Source: Bacteroidales bacterium (lineage in GTDB: Bacteria > Bacteroidota > Bacteroidia > Bacteroidales > JAFGHD01). From it: DNA of 63,643 nt. The stretch's first letter is position 1. Each line of letters starts with the position of its first letter. The stretch spans positions 1 through 63,643 of the forward strand of contig JAFGME010000037.1 of assembly GCA_016927695.1 (NCBI GenBank), in the 5' to 3' direction. Positions 17,624 through 27,186 of this stretch are shown here, piece after piece. Both the position numbers and the translations under genes were made by a program. Under the pieces are notes generated by a model. The model did not search any database, was not told the DNA's origin, and worked only from the letters and a program-made list of their open reading frames with translations.

Positions 17624-19147
17624 TTACGTTGCTGATTTCATTTCTTTCTCAAACTTCGCCAACACTTTTTTCACCTCCGCGGGCGTCGGCCTTTTCATCC
17701 CTTCCTGTTGTTCGAGCAACTGTTTCTGGGCTGTTTTGCCGAGATTCTCCATGATCAGATCCTTCACCTCTTTTTTCTTTCCGTAGAGTACGGTGGCAAT
17801 CTCGGCCGGTTCAAATCCTTTGAGAAGTTTTTTCAGTCTGGTTCCGGGAAGCTTTGTGACGCTGCCGAAACTGAATTTGGATGCCGGCGCTTTCACGCTG
17901 GTTTTCTTTGCCGGAGGCGCTTTCTTAACCGGCTTTTCCACTTCGGGAGAAGCCGGTTGCAAATGACATTCATCGAGCCGGATCATAAAATCCGACAGCA
18001 CATTCATATAATTAATGAAGGCTTCATAAGGGGAAGGGTAAGGATTGAAATACCTGTGCACATCCCCGTCGGAGAACCATTTGGTGCACATGTAGTAAAA
18101 ATGGTCGCTTGCCTGCAGGTAATCCCAGTCGCGGAGGATGGCCGGATCGTGGCATGCTTTCACTTTGCCGGCCAGCGAATACAGTTTGGTAAACGCTTCA
18201 TTCTGCATTTCATTTCCCAGCCATGCTGTAAGGTCTCTCTCCTCATCGGCCCAGGATATGGGGAAAGGGACAAAGATTTCAGAGGCAGCTTTATGCTTCC
18301 TGACGATTTCCGAAGGGGTCCGGAATTTAAATCCTGTGGAGGTCAGAATTTTGGCGGGCAGGTCTTCCATAAACTCAAAAATTCCGGATTCCTCCCACTG
18401 ATGTTCACCAAAAGTTTCATAATCCACAAAGAGGTTCACGATTTCCTGTTCCTTTTCGATCTGGCTGATCCAGCGTGCATACTTATCGGCGGTCAGCGGC
18501 CATTCGCTCCATCCCTGGTCGGAGAACCGGAAGGCGATGTCATCACTCAGCCTGAAGTTTTTCAGCATCAGTTTCAGGTCGGGGTTGCCGTTATGGTGAT
18601 ACAGGAAATTGGGGCTTTTCCATCCCAGCACATGCTTGGCGCCTTCTGTCAGGATGGTTTTATAACCCATATCATACACCCTCTGCCCGATAGCATCCGA
18701 ATAGATCAGTTCAGTGTTCCGGAAAGTGACCGGTTTTTGCCCGAACAGTCTTTCAATGGCCTGGCTGTGATTCCCGACCTGGCTGACAAATTCTGCAGTA
18801 TCATTGAGTGATGCAAGGGAATGGGCATAGGTTTCGGTAAGGAATTCGACATTGCCGGTAGCGGCAAGGGCTTTAAATGAATTAAGCACTTCGGGGGCAT
18901 AGCGTTCGAACTGCTCCAGGGCGGGGCCTGAGATAGAATAACTTATTTTGAATGACTTACCATGTTTTTTAATCAGCTTAAGCATCAGCTTGTTGGCAGG
19001 AAGGTAGCATTTCCGTGCCACTCTCTGCATGATGGATTTGTTCAGGTAGTCGTCATAATAGTGATGGTCGGAACCCATGTCGAAAAACCTGTAAACCCTC
19101 AGTCTGAATGGTTGATGCACCTGAAAATACAAGCAAATTGATTTCAT
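17624..19147 (-). CDS. GH57 alpha-amylase/glucanotransferase with K/P/A-rich linker and FliG-C-like tail
   Basis: YFQVHQPFRL, ETYAHSLA, FRNTELIYS, DYETFGEHQW, SWADEERD, SDHFYYMCTKW. Confidence 0.92.
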   Translation of the reverse strand: MKSICLYFQVHQPFRLRVYRFFDMGSDHHYYDDYLNKSIMQRVARKCYLPANKLMLKLIKKHGKSFKISYSISGPALEQFERYAPEVLNSFKALAATGNVEFLTETYAHSLASLNDTAEFVSQVGNHSQAIERLFGQKPVTFRNTELIYSDAIGQRVYDMGYKTILTEGAKHVLGWKSPNFLYHHNGNPDLKLMLKNFRLSDDIAFRFSDQGWSEWPLTADKYARWISQIEKEQEIVNLFVDYETFGEHQWEESGIFEFMEDLPAKILTSTGFKFRTPSEIVRKHKAASEIFVPFPISWADEERDLTAWLGNEMQNEAFTKLYSLAGKVKACHDPAILRDWDYLQASDHFYYMCTKWFSDGDVHRYFNPYPSPYEAFINYMNVLSDFMIRLDECHLQPASPEVEKPVKKAPPAKKTSVKAPASKFSFGSVTKLPGTRLKKLLKGFEPAEIATVLYGKKKEVKDLIMENLGKTAQKQLLEQQEGMKRPTPAEVKKVLAKFEKEMKSAT

Positions 19148-19159
19148 AAACCTTTTACA

Positions 19160-20452
19160 TTACTTAACATTCGATACTGTATCTTTATATTCTTTCATTA
19201 TTTTAACTGCCGCGTTTTCCCATTTCAGGTTGTCCACTTCTTCCCGGCCGTATTTGATAAACATATCCGACAAAGCCGAATAATGGAGCAGGCCGTGGAT
19301 GGCATCCGCCATGCCGTGGGTGTCCCAGAAATCAACCTTAATGGCATGCCTGAGCACTTCTGCCACCCCCGATTGTTTGGAAACGATTACGGGAACGTTG
19401 ATCCTCATTGCCTCCAGAGGAACGAGGCCAAAGGGTTCGGAAACGGAAGGCATCACAAAAACATCGCTCATGGCAAACATCCTGTCCACATCGTCGCCTT
19501 TCAGGAACCCGGTAAAATGGAACCTGTCAGACATTTTCAGCCGGGCCACCTGTCGGACGATCTTATACATCATATCGCCGGAACCGGCCATCACAAAACG
19601 GACGTTTCTGTCTTTGGAGAGTACTAACCTTGCTGCTTCCACAAAATATTCGGGGCCTTTCTGAAAGGTGATCCTGCCAAGGAATGTCACAATCTTTTCA
19701 CTGACATTCTTTTTTATCGAAAGCATTTCCATTTTTTCAACCGGTTCGATGGCATTGTGTATGGTAACCACCTTTTCGGGTGCGATGCCATACCTGTTGA
19801 TCACGGTGTTGCGGGTGAGGTTGCTGACGGCAATGATTTTGTCGGCTCCTTCGAACCCGGCTTTTTCAATTTCATAAATCTGTGAGTTGACATTTTCGCC
19901 GGTACGGTCAAATTCGGTAGCATGAATATGCATGATCAGGGGTTTCCCGCTGACGGCTTTGGCTGCCAGCCCGGCATAGTAAGTGTGCCAGTCGTGGGCA
20001 TGGATGAGGTCAAAATCGTACCTGGAGGCAATTTCACCTGCCACAAGTGCAAAACGTGCCACTTCTTCCAGGAGGTCGGGGCCGTATTTTCCGCTGAAAT
20101 CAAACCTCTGGCTGTAAATCGATTTCTTTCTTTCTTCCCTTTCTTTTTTGGTTTCCCGGATCACTTTTTCATACTGTTCGGGATCGAGATATGGGGCCAG
20201 GTTTGAATTCACTTCAATATAAGTCAGGTTTTTCACCAGTTCCTTTATCTCCGATTTCCTGAAATGAACTTCCACATCGCTGGCATTGATAAGGCGTACA
20301 GCTCTCTCATCCTCGTCGCCATAAGCTTTGGGCACAGCAAACAACACTTTGGCCCCCTGTTTCAGGAGGCCTTTGGTCATGCCGTAACAAGCGGTGCCTA
20401 ATCCTCCGGTGATATGGGGAGGAAATTCCCAGCCAAACATCAAAACTTTCAT
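19160..20452 (-). CDS. GT4 glycosyltransferase (glycogen/alpha-glucan synthesis)
   Basis: MKVLMFGWEFPPHITGGLGTAC, HAHDW, HATEFDR, GRITFQKGPEYF, PSVSEPFGLVPLEA; start moved to ATG 20452. Confidence 0.92.
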   Translation of the reverse strand: MKVLMFGWEFPPHITGGLGTACYGMTKGLLKQGAKVLFAVPKAYGDEDERAVRLINASDVEVHFRKSEIKELVKNLTYIEVNSNLAPYLDPEQYEKVIRETKKEREERKKSIYSQRFDFSGKYGPDLLEEVARFALVAGEIASRYDFDLIHAHDWHTYYAGLAAKAVSGKPLIMHIHATEFDRTGENVNSQIYEIEKAGFEGADKIIAVSNLTRNTVINRYGIAPEKVVTIHNAIEPVEKMEMLSIKKNVSEKIVTFLGRITFQKGPEYFVEAARLVLSKDRNVRFVMAGSGDMMYKIVRQVARLKMSDRFHFTGFLKGDDVDRMFAMSDVFVMPSVSEPFGLVPLEAMRINVPVIVSKQSGVAEVLRHAIKVDFWDTHGMADAIHGLLHYSALSDMFIKYGREEVDNLKWENAAVKIMKEYKDTVSNVK

Positions 20453-20465
20453 ATCCTCAAGGGCG

Positions 20466-22412
20466 TTATTTTTTGTAATTCTCAATCATTTCATTGATCC
20501 TTAGCAATTCGGCCACGCACCAGGCCTGGCTGATACAGCCTCTGGCCTCGTGAGGCGGGTCGCCGTCATACACTTCGGAGATTGTCCCGATGCCATGTTC
20601 GGGCATCTCCTCTTCAAAAGCGCTGTAAATTTTCTGAGCGGATGAGAGGCCATCCTCGCCGTAAATCCTGAGGTATCCTTCCACATAATGCCCCAGCAGC
20701 CAGGGAAAAGCCGCTCCCATGTGGTAGGCCTGATCCCTTTCAGAGGGCGTTCCTGCATAAACCCCTTTATATCTTGAATCCTGAGGTGATAGCGACCGTA
20801 AACCCCGGCGTGTGAGCAATTCCCTTTCGATGGTGTGTAAAATATCTGCCTTGATTTCATCAGATACAGGCGAATAAGGCATGGAAACGGCAAAGACCAT
20901 GTTCGGCCTCACCGACCAGTCGCTGAAACCGCCATCCACATAATCGGCCAGATAACCTTTTTCCTTATTCCAGAAAACCTCAGTGAATGAGGCGGGTATA
21001 ATGTCTGCAACGGCAGACCATTCATTAATAAATTCCTGGTCTTTATTGGCCATGGCAAGTTCCAGGGTGAACCGGATGGCATTGTACCATAAAGCGTTGA
21101 CCTCCACAGCATAACCGTTTCTGGGAGTCAATGGTATGCCCCCGGTTTTTACGTCCATCCAGGTCATGGCATCATGGATGCTCCCTGTATGGAGCAATCC
21201 GTTTTCGTCCATTTTGATGTTGTAACCGGGCCCTTTCCGGTATTCTTCCAGGATGTATTTCATCACGCCGCCGAATTTCTTCCAGATGTAACCCGGCTTT
21301 CTGATATGCTGGTTATACTTTTGAAGTGCATAGAAGAACCAAAGCGGTGTATCGGCCGATTCATGGGTAAACCCGGAGGGGCTGAATTTTTCAGGAAAAA
21401 AAGGTCCTTTCATCTCACTCACCATGGTATCCACCACCGCCTCAAAGTTCTTTATGTCACCGGTGGACAGCATCAGGCCGGGCAGCGCTACAAAGGTGTC
21501 GCGTCCTGCGCCGGCAAGCCACGGGTAACCTGCGATGACCTCTGAGTGATTGTCTCTTTTATTGATAAACTGCTGGGCGGCATTCTCCAGGCAATGCCTG
21601 AAGCTGTCACGGGGCACCCTGTTTTTCCTTTCGGAAGTGTAAGCCTTTTTCAGAATGGAAGGATCGGCTGCTTCAGTACCTGCAGTGAAAATAATGCTTT
21701 CCCCTTTCTTCAAGGGCAATTCAAGATATCCGGGAACGAGGAGATCTTCCCTGAATTCGTATCCCCTTTCCTGCTCCTTGGAGTATTCTATCCCATAATA
21801 CCATTCCGGGAGATGAACATAAGAGGGATTTTTTGAGGTTTGAAGATACAAAGGGGAATATCCGGGATATAACTTCATTTTGATCCCATGAGGAACGCTT
21901 TCAAATGAAGTGTCGGCATGGTCGTTTGCCCGGCTTAAGGAGTGCCTGTTTCTGAAGGCAAGAAAAGGTTTTAGCCGGATAAGTGTGGGAGAGTGCGCAT
22001 CCTCAAGGGTGAGTTTGATCAATATCCTGTCCTGGTTGGCGATAAACAGCCTTTCCACGGTAAAATGCACACCGCCGACATGATAAGTGACCCTTGGGAT
22101 AGGATCCGATTCGAAATCGCTGATGTATTTATGTCCCTTGGGATTGTAAACATTGCCGGCGTATTTATGAATACCCAGGTTAAATTCGGCGTTATGCTGG
22201 ATAACGGATACGTCAAGCGAGGAAAGCAACACATGGTAATCGTTGTCGATTTCCGGTTGACGTACAATCAGCAATCCGTGATATTTTCGTGTATTGCAGC
22301 CAACGATGGTGGTGCTGGCAAAAGCCCCGGCCCTGTTGGAACGGAGAAGTTCCTTTTTGAGTGAATACCCCAGATTGACCAGCTTTGACTTATCAAAATC
22401 AATATACCCCAT
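20466..22412 (-). CDS. Glycogen debranching enzyme (amylo-alpha-1,6-glucosidase)
   Basis: CNTRKYHGLL, IAGYPW...GRDTFVALPGL, MTWMD...TPRNGYAVEVNALWYNA, ISEVYDGDPPH, SQAWCVAE. Confidence 0.93.
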   Translation of the reverse strand: MGYIDFDKSKLVNLGYSLKKELLRSNRAGAFASTTIVGCNTRKYHGLLIVRQPEIDNDYHVLLSSLDVSVIQHNAEFNLGIHKYAGNVYNPKGHKYISDFESDPIPRVTYHVGGVHFTVERLFIANQDRILIKLTLEDAHSPTLIRLKPFLAFRNRHSLSRANDHADTSFESVPHGIKMKLYPGYSPLYLQTSKNPSYVHLPEWYYGIEYSKEQERGYEFREDLLVPGYLELPLKKGESIIFTAGTEAADPSILKKAYTSERKNRVPRDSFRHCLENAAQQFINKRDNHSEVIAGYPWLAGAGRDTFVALPGLMLSTGDIKNFEAVVDTMVSEMKGPFFPEKFSPSGFTHESADTPLWFFYALQKYNQHIRKPGYIWKKFGGVMKYILEEYRKGPGYNIKMDENGLLHTGSIHDAMTWMDVKTGGIPLTPRNGYAVEVNALWYNAIRFTLELAMANKDQEFINEWSAVADIIPASFTEVFWNKEKGYLADYVDGGFSDWSVRPNMVFAVSMPYSPVSDEIKADILHTIERELLTRRGLRSLSPQDSRYKGVYAGTPSERDQAYHMGAAFPWLLGHYVEGYLRIYGEDGLSSAQKIYSAFEEEMPEHGIGTISEVYDGDPPHEARGCISQAWCVAELLRINEMIENYKK

Positions 22413-22442
22413 AATACTTTATCCAAATATAGTTCTTTCGTG

Positions 22443-22450
22443 CAAAAGTA
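22443..22450 (-). promoter_or_regulatory. Bacteroidota -7 promoter element for the glycogen operon
   Basis: TACTTTTG on the minus strand, 31 nt upstream of ATG 22412. Confidence 0.6.
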
Positions 22451-22584
22451 ATTCAATTTCCGGCATATTATGTAATGCCCTTAAAAATAACAATCATTTA
22501 AACATAACGGTAAAACCTGACAGCAGATTGGTTCAATCCAAAACAGGAAAAGGGCATTTTTTGTTTAATTCATCCGGAAAAAAT

Positions 22585-22815
22585 TCACTTCCCGGCATCT
22601 TTTCTTTGGGTAATGAGCTTTTTGCCAAGGTAGGCAGAGGCCAAAACGGCAAGAAAAAGCAAACCTCCGCCAATCGGGGATGCCCCTCCTACCGGCAGAT
22701 CGCCCGATCCCGGTCCTCCACCCGGGTTTGGCGGTTCATCAGCATACAGGTGTTGTGAAACAAAAAACAATGCCATCGTAACCAAAAACACCGCGTATCT
22801 CGTAGCTTTTTCCAT
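22585..22815 (-). CDS. Small secreted protein with a PID-CTERM-like C-terminal sorting signal
   Basis: Signal peptide, Pro/Gly linker (DEPPNPGGGPGSG), then PIGGGLLFLAVLASAYLGKK (motif + TM + basic tail). Confidence 0.65.
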   Translation of the reverse strand: MEKATRYAVFLVTMALFFVSQHLYADEPPNPGGGPGSGDLPVGGASPIGGGLLFLAVLASAYLGKKLITQRKDAGK

Positions 22816-23004
22816 ATATACAATTTTATCAATACTTATCAATAATTGTGCAAATTATCTCAAATAATTATGATTCAAATTATTATAACAGTCCCCCCAC
22901 AAATAACATCCAAAAATGGGAAACGGTATTTCAAATTAATAAAAATAAGGTATTGAATCGGCAAAAATGTATAATTTAGCTGTTGATTTATAAAAACAGT
23001 AAAG

Positions 23005-25356
23005 ATGAAATGGTGGTTGGTATTGGTTGCTCTTCCCTTGCTGGGATATGCTCAGAACTCATCCGTAACGGGTTATCTGACGGAAGCGAAAACGGGAAAA
23101 CCGGTTCAAAACGCAGAGCTGCTTATCGAAAACTCATCCTATGCTACCACATCCGGAAGCGATGGCGCCTTCCATTTCACGGATCTGCCGGCCGGCAGCT
23201 ACTCCTTGGTATGCAGACATATAAGCTATCAAAAACAAACCATAAAATTTGACCTGGAAAACAACGAGAGGAAAAAGCTGCGTATCAGTCTGCTGCCCGG
23301 TATAATGACGCTTGAAGAAGTGGTGATAAAGGAGAACGCCCCGGAAAGGGAACTGATCAGCTTATCACATATCCCCGCAATTTCGGCAACAAGGGTCGAC
23401 ATTGATGAAAGCGCCGTTGCCGATCCGGGTGATTTTCTGCGGAGCCTCTCCAACATTTCGGGGATAAGGAAAGGGGGCACAGGCATTGATCCGGTCGTCA
23501 GGGGGTTCAGGTTCAGCCAGTTGAACATCCAGTTAAACAACGGGCAAAAGGTGGAAGGAGGATGCCCCAACCGCATGGATCCGGTCACTTCCCACATTGA
23601 AATCGATGATGTTGAAAGGATAGACGTTTACAAAGGGCCGCATGCATTGAAATTCGGGGCTTCCCTGGGGGGCATCGTGCACATCAAAACCACCGGCCCG
23701 GAACAATTTGATAAGCCGGGCTTCAGTCTGACGGCCGCCAAAGGTTATGAGAACAACTGGAATGGAGAGAAAGAACGGCTTTCGATATCCGCCGGTGTAA
23801 AAAAAGCCTCCGTTCACATTTCCGGAAGCAGGCGTGATTATGGCAATTACAAAGACGGGGCGGGCAACATAGTCGGATCATCCTATTGCCGTTACAACTA
23901 TAAAGCTGCTGTAGCCTGGTTCCCCGACTCCCGTCAAAAACTCGCCGGGGCTTATGAAGGTTCTGCCGGAAGAAATGTTGCTTTCCCATCCCTACCTATG
24001 GATGAACGAACCGACGATACGAGGCTTGTTTCAGTGGATTATCACAACAATAATTTTCTCAATGCCCGGTCAACACTTAAAGTTAAGATATATGATTCCC
24101 ATGTTCATCACCTGATGGACAACAAGCAAAGGCCGTTATCAGATACGGTGGTTGCCATCTCAGACATCATTGCCACCAACCGGGGTCTGAGGATTGAGGG
24201 AAATATGCTTACAGGCAAAGGGCAAATCACAACCGGAATGGATTTGGAATACATTACAAAAGATGGCAGCCGTACGAAAAACATGATTATGCAACCGGGA
24301 CTTCCCGTGAAAGAAGAAAAACTGTGGAATAACGCAAAATACAGCAATACAGGTTTATTTGGAGAATACTTTATTAAACATAACACCCTGTCGCTGACAC
24401 TCTCTGCCCGCGCCGACCTCAACAGCGCCGGTTCTGATGAGATCAGTATCACTCATCCCATGGCAGGGGAAATATACAATTATGGCACCGATTCCATCCG
24501 TTCAGATTACCTTAACTTCAGCATCAGCGCCGGAATGGTTAAAGGGTTGGGGAAGAAATTCAAGGTAGCTGCGGCATTGGGAAGAGGGATGCGGAGCCCC
24601 GACCTGACCGAAAGGTTCATTATTCTGCTTCCGATAGGTTACGACCAATTCGACTACCTTGGAAATCCTGAAATCAGACCCGAAATTAACAACCAGGCCG
24701 ATATCACATTTACTTATGCAGAAGAAAAAACCGGAATGGTTGAAATCACCGGATTCATTTCTTATGTGAACCGGTATATCGGCGGAACCATTATCCCCCC
24801 CTCACAGCAAAAACCACTGACTGCCAATGTTTTGGGTGTCAAACGGTTCGACAATCTGGGCAATGCCCTCCTTCGCGGATTTGAATTCAGTTATCACAGC
24901 CCGGAGAGGTTCAGAATGAGGTGTACAACCGGCGCCGGCTTTACTTATGGTACCCTTGATCTGGGTTATCAGTACCTGCTCAATGAAAACGGAGAAATAA
25001 CCGGCCAGCAAGAAATAAAAAATGATGCCCTTAGCGAAATTCCACCCCTGGAAGCAACCCTGGCCCTGGAATATCCCCTGATCAGGAACAGGCTGATCCC
25101 CAAATTGAACCTCAGGGCGGTGGCCCCGCAGAATCATATTTCAAAGGCCCAGTATGAAATGGCATCCCCGGGGTTTGTGATCGCAGGGGTTTCGTTCTTC
25201 TTTGAAGTCAACAGTGTGCTCAGCCTTACCGGAGGTGTACACAACATTTTCGACATGGCTTACTATGAACACCTTAACCGTAACATTATCGGTTCAGGTT
25301 CAAGCTTTTACGAACCCGGGAGAAGGTTCTTTATCAACCTGCTATTTAAGATATAA
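23005..25356 (+). CDS. TonB-dependent receptor, OprC/NosA-like copper type
   Basis: N-terminal carboxypeptidase-regulatory-like domain; plug GGCPNRMDP (CxxxM); HHLMDN (HxM); C-terminal YYEHL...EPGRRF. Confidence 0.88.
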   Translation: MKWWLVLVALPLLGYAQNSSVTGYLTEAKTGKPVQNAELLIENSSYATTSGSDGAFHFTDLPAGSYSLVCRHISYQKQTIKFDLENNERKKLRISLLPGIMTLEEVVIKENAPERELISLSHIPAISATRVDIDESAVADPGDFLRSLSNISGIRKGGTGIDPVVRGFRFSQLNIQLNNGQKVEGGCPNRMDPVTSHIEIDDVERIDVYKGPHALKFGASLGGIVHIKTTGPEQFDKPGFSLTAAKGYENNWNGEKERLSISAGVKKASVHISGSRRDYGNYKDGAGNIVGSSYCRYNYKAAVAWFPDSRQKLAGAYEGSAGRNVAFPSLPMDERTDDTRLVSVDYHNNNFLNARSTLKVKIYDSHVHHLMDNKQRPLSDTVVAISDIIATNRGLRIEGNMLTGKGQITTGMDLEYITKDGSRTKNMIMQPGLPVKEEKLWNNAKYSNTGLFGEYFIKHNTLSLTLSARADLNSAGSDEISITHPMAGEIYNYGTDSIRSDYLNFSISAGMVKGLGKKFKVAAALGRGMRSPDLTERFIILLPIGYDQFDYLGNPEIRPEINNQADITFTYAEEKTGMVEITGFISYVNRYIGGTIIPPSQQKPLTANVLGVKRFDNLGNALLRGFEFSYHSPERFRMRCTTGAGFTYGTLDLGYQYLLNENGEITGQQEIKNDALSEIPPLEATLALEYPLIRNRLIPKLNLRAVAPQNHISKAQYEMASPGFVIAGVSFFFEVNSVLSLTGGVHNIFDMAYYEHLNRNIIGSGSSFYEPGRRFFINLLFKI

Positions 25357-25364
25357 GTGCAAAA

Positions 25365-25724
25365 ATGAAAAAGATATTTACATTGCTACTGTTTTCAATG
25401 GTTTTGGCTTCATGTGAAAAGGAAGATGAAGAAAAAACCGTTACCTACCTCGTAAGCGATGCTGTGTCGGAGATATCTTTCAGTTATCTCGATCAGCAGG
25501 GGGCGCTGATAAACCGTTCAGAATCGTTCAACAGCAAGGAAGATGACTGGAAACTCACATTCGGGGCAAAAAAAGGCGACCTGGTTTATCTCTCGGCAAC
25601 CTACACCGATTCGTTGTCATCCGTTGCCCTGAGCATCCTGATCAACGGAAAAGTTTACAAAAAAGCCTCGAGCAATAACGATCCCGACAGGTACGTTACT
25701 GTTTCAGGCGTTATTCCATATTGA
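25365..25724 (+). CDS. Small hypothetical lipoprotein
   Basis: Lipobox LASC followed by EKEDEE; in the operon after the TBDR. Confidence 0.75.
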   Translation: MKKIFTLLLFSMVLASCEKEDEEKTVTYLVSDAVSEISFSYLDQQGALINRSESFNSKEDDWKLTFGAKKGDLVYLSATYTDSLSSVALSILINGKVYKKASSNNDPDRYVTVSGVIPY

Positions 25725-25738
25725 AGAGGGAAACAATC

Positions 25739-26533
25739 ATGTCAGGAAAATTTTTATTCCCGCTTGTAATTTTGTTTACCGGTCTTTCGTGCAGCAAGGA
25801 CCCCGAACAGGTTGTGCCGGAACCGGCGGGTAAAGCAACAGTATCCTTTGTACACCTGAATGAGGGCGCCCCCCTTGAATTTGACACGTTGATGTATGTG
25901 AATGCAGCAGGGAATCCGTACCTTGTCAATGAGATTCAGTATTTCATCTCCGACCTCACCTTTTACCGTAACGACGGACTTAAAAAAATCATTGACGACT
26001 GGAAAGACATCCATTATGTTGACACCGACATCCCTTCCTCCCAAACCTGGGAGATTTTCGATCCGCTTCCTCCCGGAAAATATGACTCCATCTCTTTTGT
26101 TTTTGGAATCAGGGAGGAGAAAAATCATTCCTTTATGTATGTCAACCCCCCAGAAAGGGACATGTTCTGGCCGGAGTTCTTAGGAGGAGGGTACCATTAT
26201 CTGAAGCTCAACGGGAAATGGCTTCCGGAGGAGGGTGACAAAACCCTGCCTTTCGACTTTCATCTGGGCATCGGGCAGATTTATTATCAATACCCTGATT
26301 CCATCGAGTCGTTTGTACAGAACTGGTTTACGGTGAATCTCCCGACAGAAGGCCTTATCATCGCTGAAGGAAACACATCTGTTTTACACATCATCATGAA
26401 CGTCGAAAAGTGGTTTAAGGAGCCTCATATTTATGACCATGACCTGTGGGGAGGGTACATCATGCAAAACCAGGAAGCCATGCAAATAGCGAAAGAAAAC
26501 GGATTCAATGTTTTTTCAGTTCAAATTCAGTAA
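25739..26533 (+). CDS. mbnP: MbnP-family copper-binding lipoprotein
   Basis: Lipobox LSC; YFISD, G.YDSISFVFGI, DMFWP..LGGGYHYLKLNG, FHLG; next to a di-haem peroxidase. Confidence 0.8.
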   Translation: MSGKFLFPLVILFTGLSCSKDPEQVVPEPAGKATVSFVHLNEGAPLEFDTLMYVNAAGNPYLVNEIQYFISDLTFYRNDGLKKIIDDWKDIHYVDTDIPSSQTWEIFDPLPPGKYDSISFVFGIREEKNHSFMYVNPPERDMFWPEFLGGGYHYLKLNGKWLPEEGDKTLPFDFHLGIGQIYYQYPDSIESFVQNWFTVNLPTEGLIIAEGNTSVLHIIMNVEKWFKEPHIYDHDLWGGYIMQNQEAMQIAKENGFNVFSVQIQ

Positions 26534-26539
26534 ATCACT

Positions 26540-27184
26540 ATGGACTTTAAAGTAATACATTTGTTTTTCATCACCCTGATTTTTTCTGCCTGCAGCGAAC
26601 CGGACGAGTCGCCGCCTGTGCTTACACTGGTTGGGCAGCAAAATGTGAGGTCTCCACTGAATGTGGAATGGAATGATCCCGGGATCAAAGCATCAGACGA
26701 TTTTGACGGTGATATTTCCTCAAAGGTTTTTGTTGAAAGTGATGTAAATATTGATAAAACAGGGTTTTACACAGTATTGTATTCCGTGACCGACCAGGCT
26801 GGGAATATGGCTTCCCCGCTCAGCAGGTCGGTAGAAATATACAACTCAGCCGAAAATCATACCGGCAACTATGAAGCGAGAGACGTGATATTGTTTCCGG
26901 TACAGGACACCATGGTTTTTGATGCTGAGATTGCCGTTGACTCCCTAATGAACCACCGTCTTCTGATCCGTTATTTTACCTCAGGGATTCCGGTTGCAAT
27001 TTACGGCGATGCCGTGGATACCGGCTTCGTTGTTCCCTTCCAGATTGTTGAGATTGAAGATATGACATACAGCCTGCAGGGTTCCGGGACGATCAACGAT
27101 ACACTTGTCCGGGTCAGTTACACCAAAAATATGGAAGGGGTGGTGTGGTTGGCAGAACTGCGGTTAATCAAACAGGAAGAGTAA
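26540..27184 (+). CDS. Lipoprotein with DUF5011/Ig-like domain
   Basis: Lipobox FSAC; PPVLTLVG...WNDPGIKASDDFDGDIS...YTVLYSVTDQAGN. Confidence 0.8.
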   Translation: MDFKVIHLFFITLIFSACSEPDESPPVLTLVGQQNVRSPLNVEWNDPGIKASDDFDGDISSKVFVESDVNIDKTGFYTVLYSVTDQAGNMASPLSRSVEIYNSAENHTGNYEARDVILFPVQDTMVFDAEIAVDSLMNHRLLIRYFTSGIPVAIYGDAVDTGFVVPFQIVEIEDMTYSLQGSGTINDTLVRVSYTKNMEGVVWLAELRLIKQEE

Positions 27185-27186
27185 TC

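Noticed and set aside
17708-18811. Long antisense ORFs (367 aa here; also 51016-51852, 59686-60348 and many shorter ones)
   Set aside because: They lie opposite well-supported genes and have no recognisable motifs; shadow ORFs.
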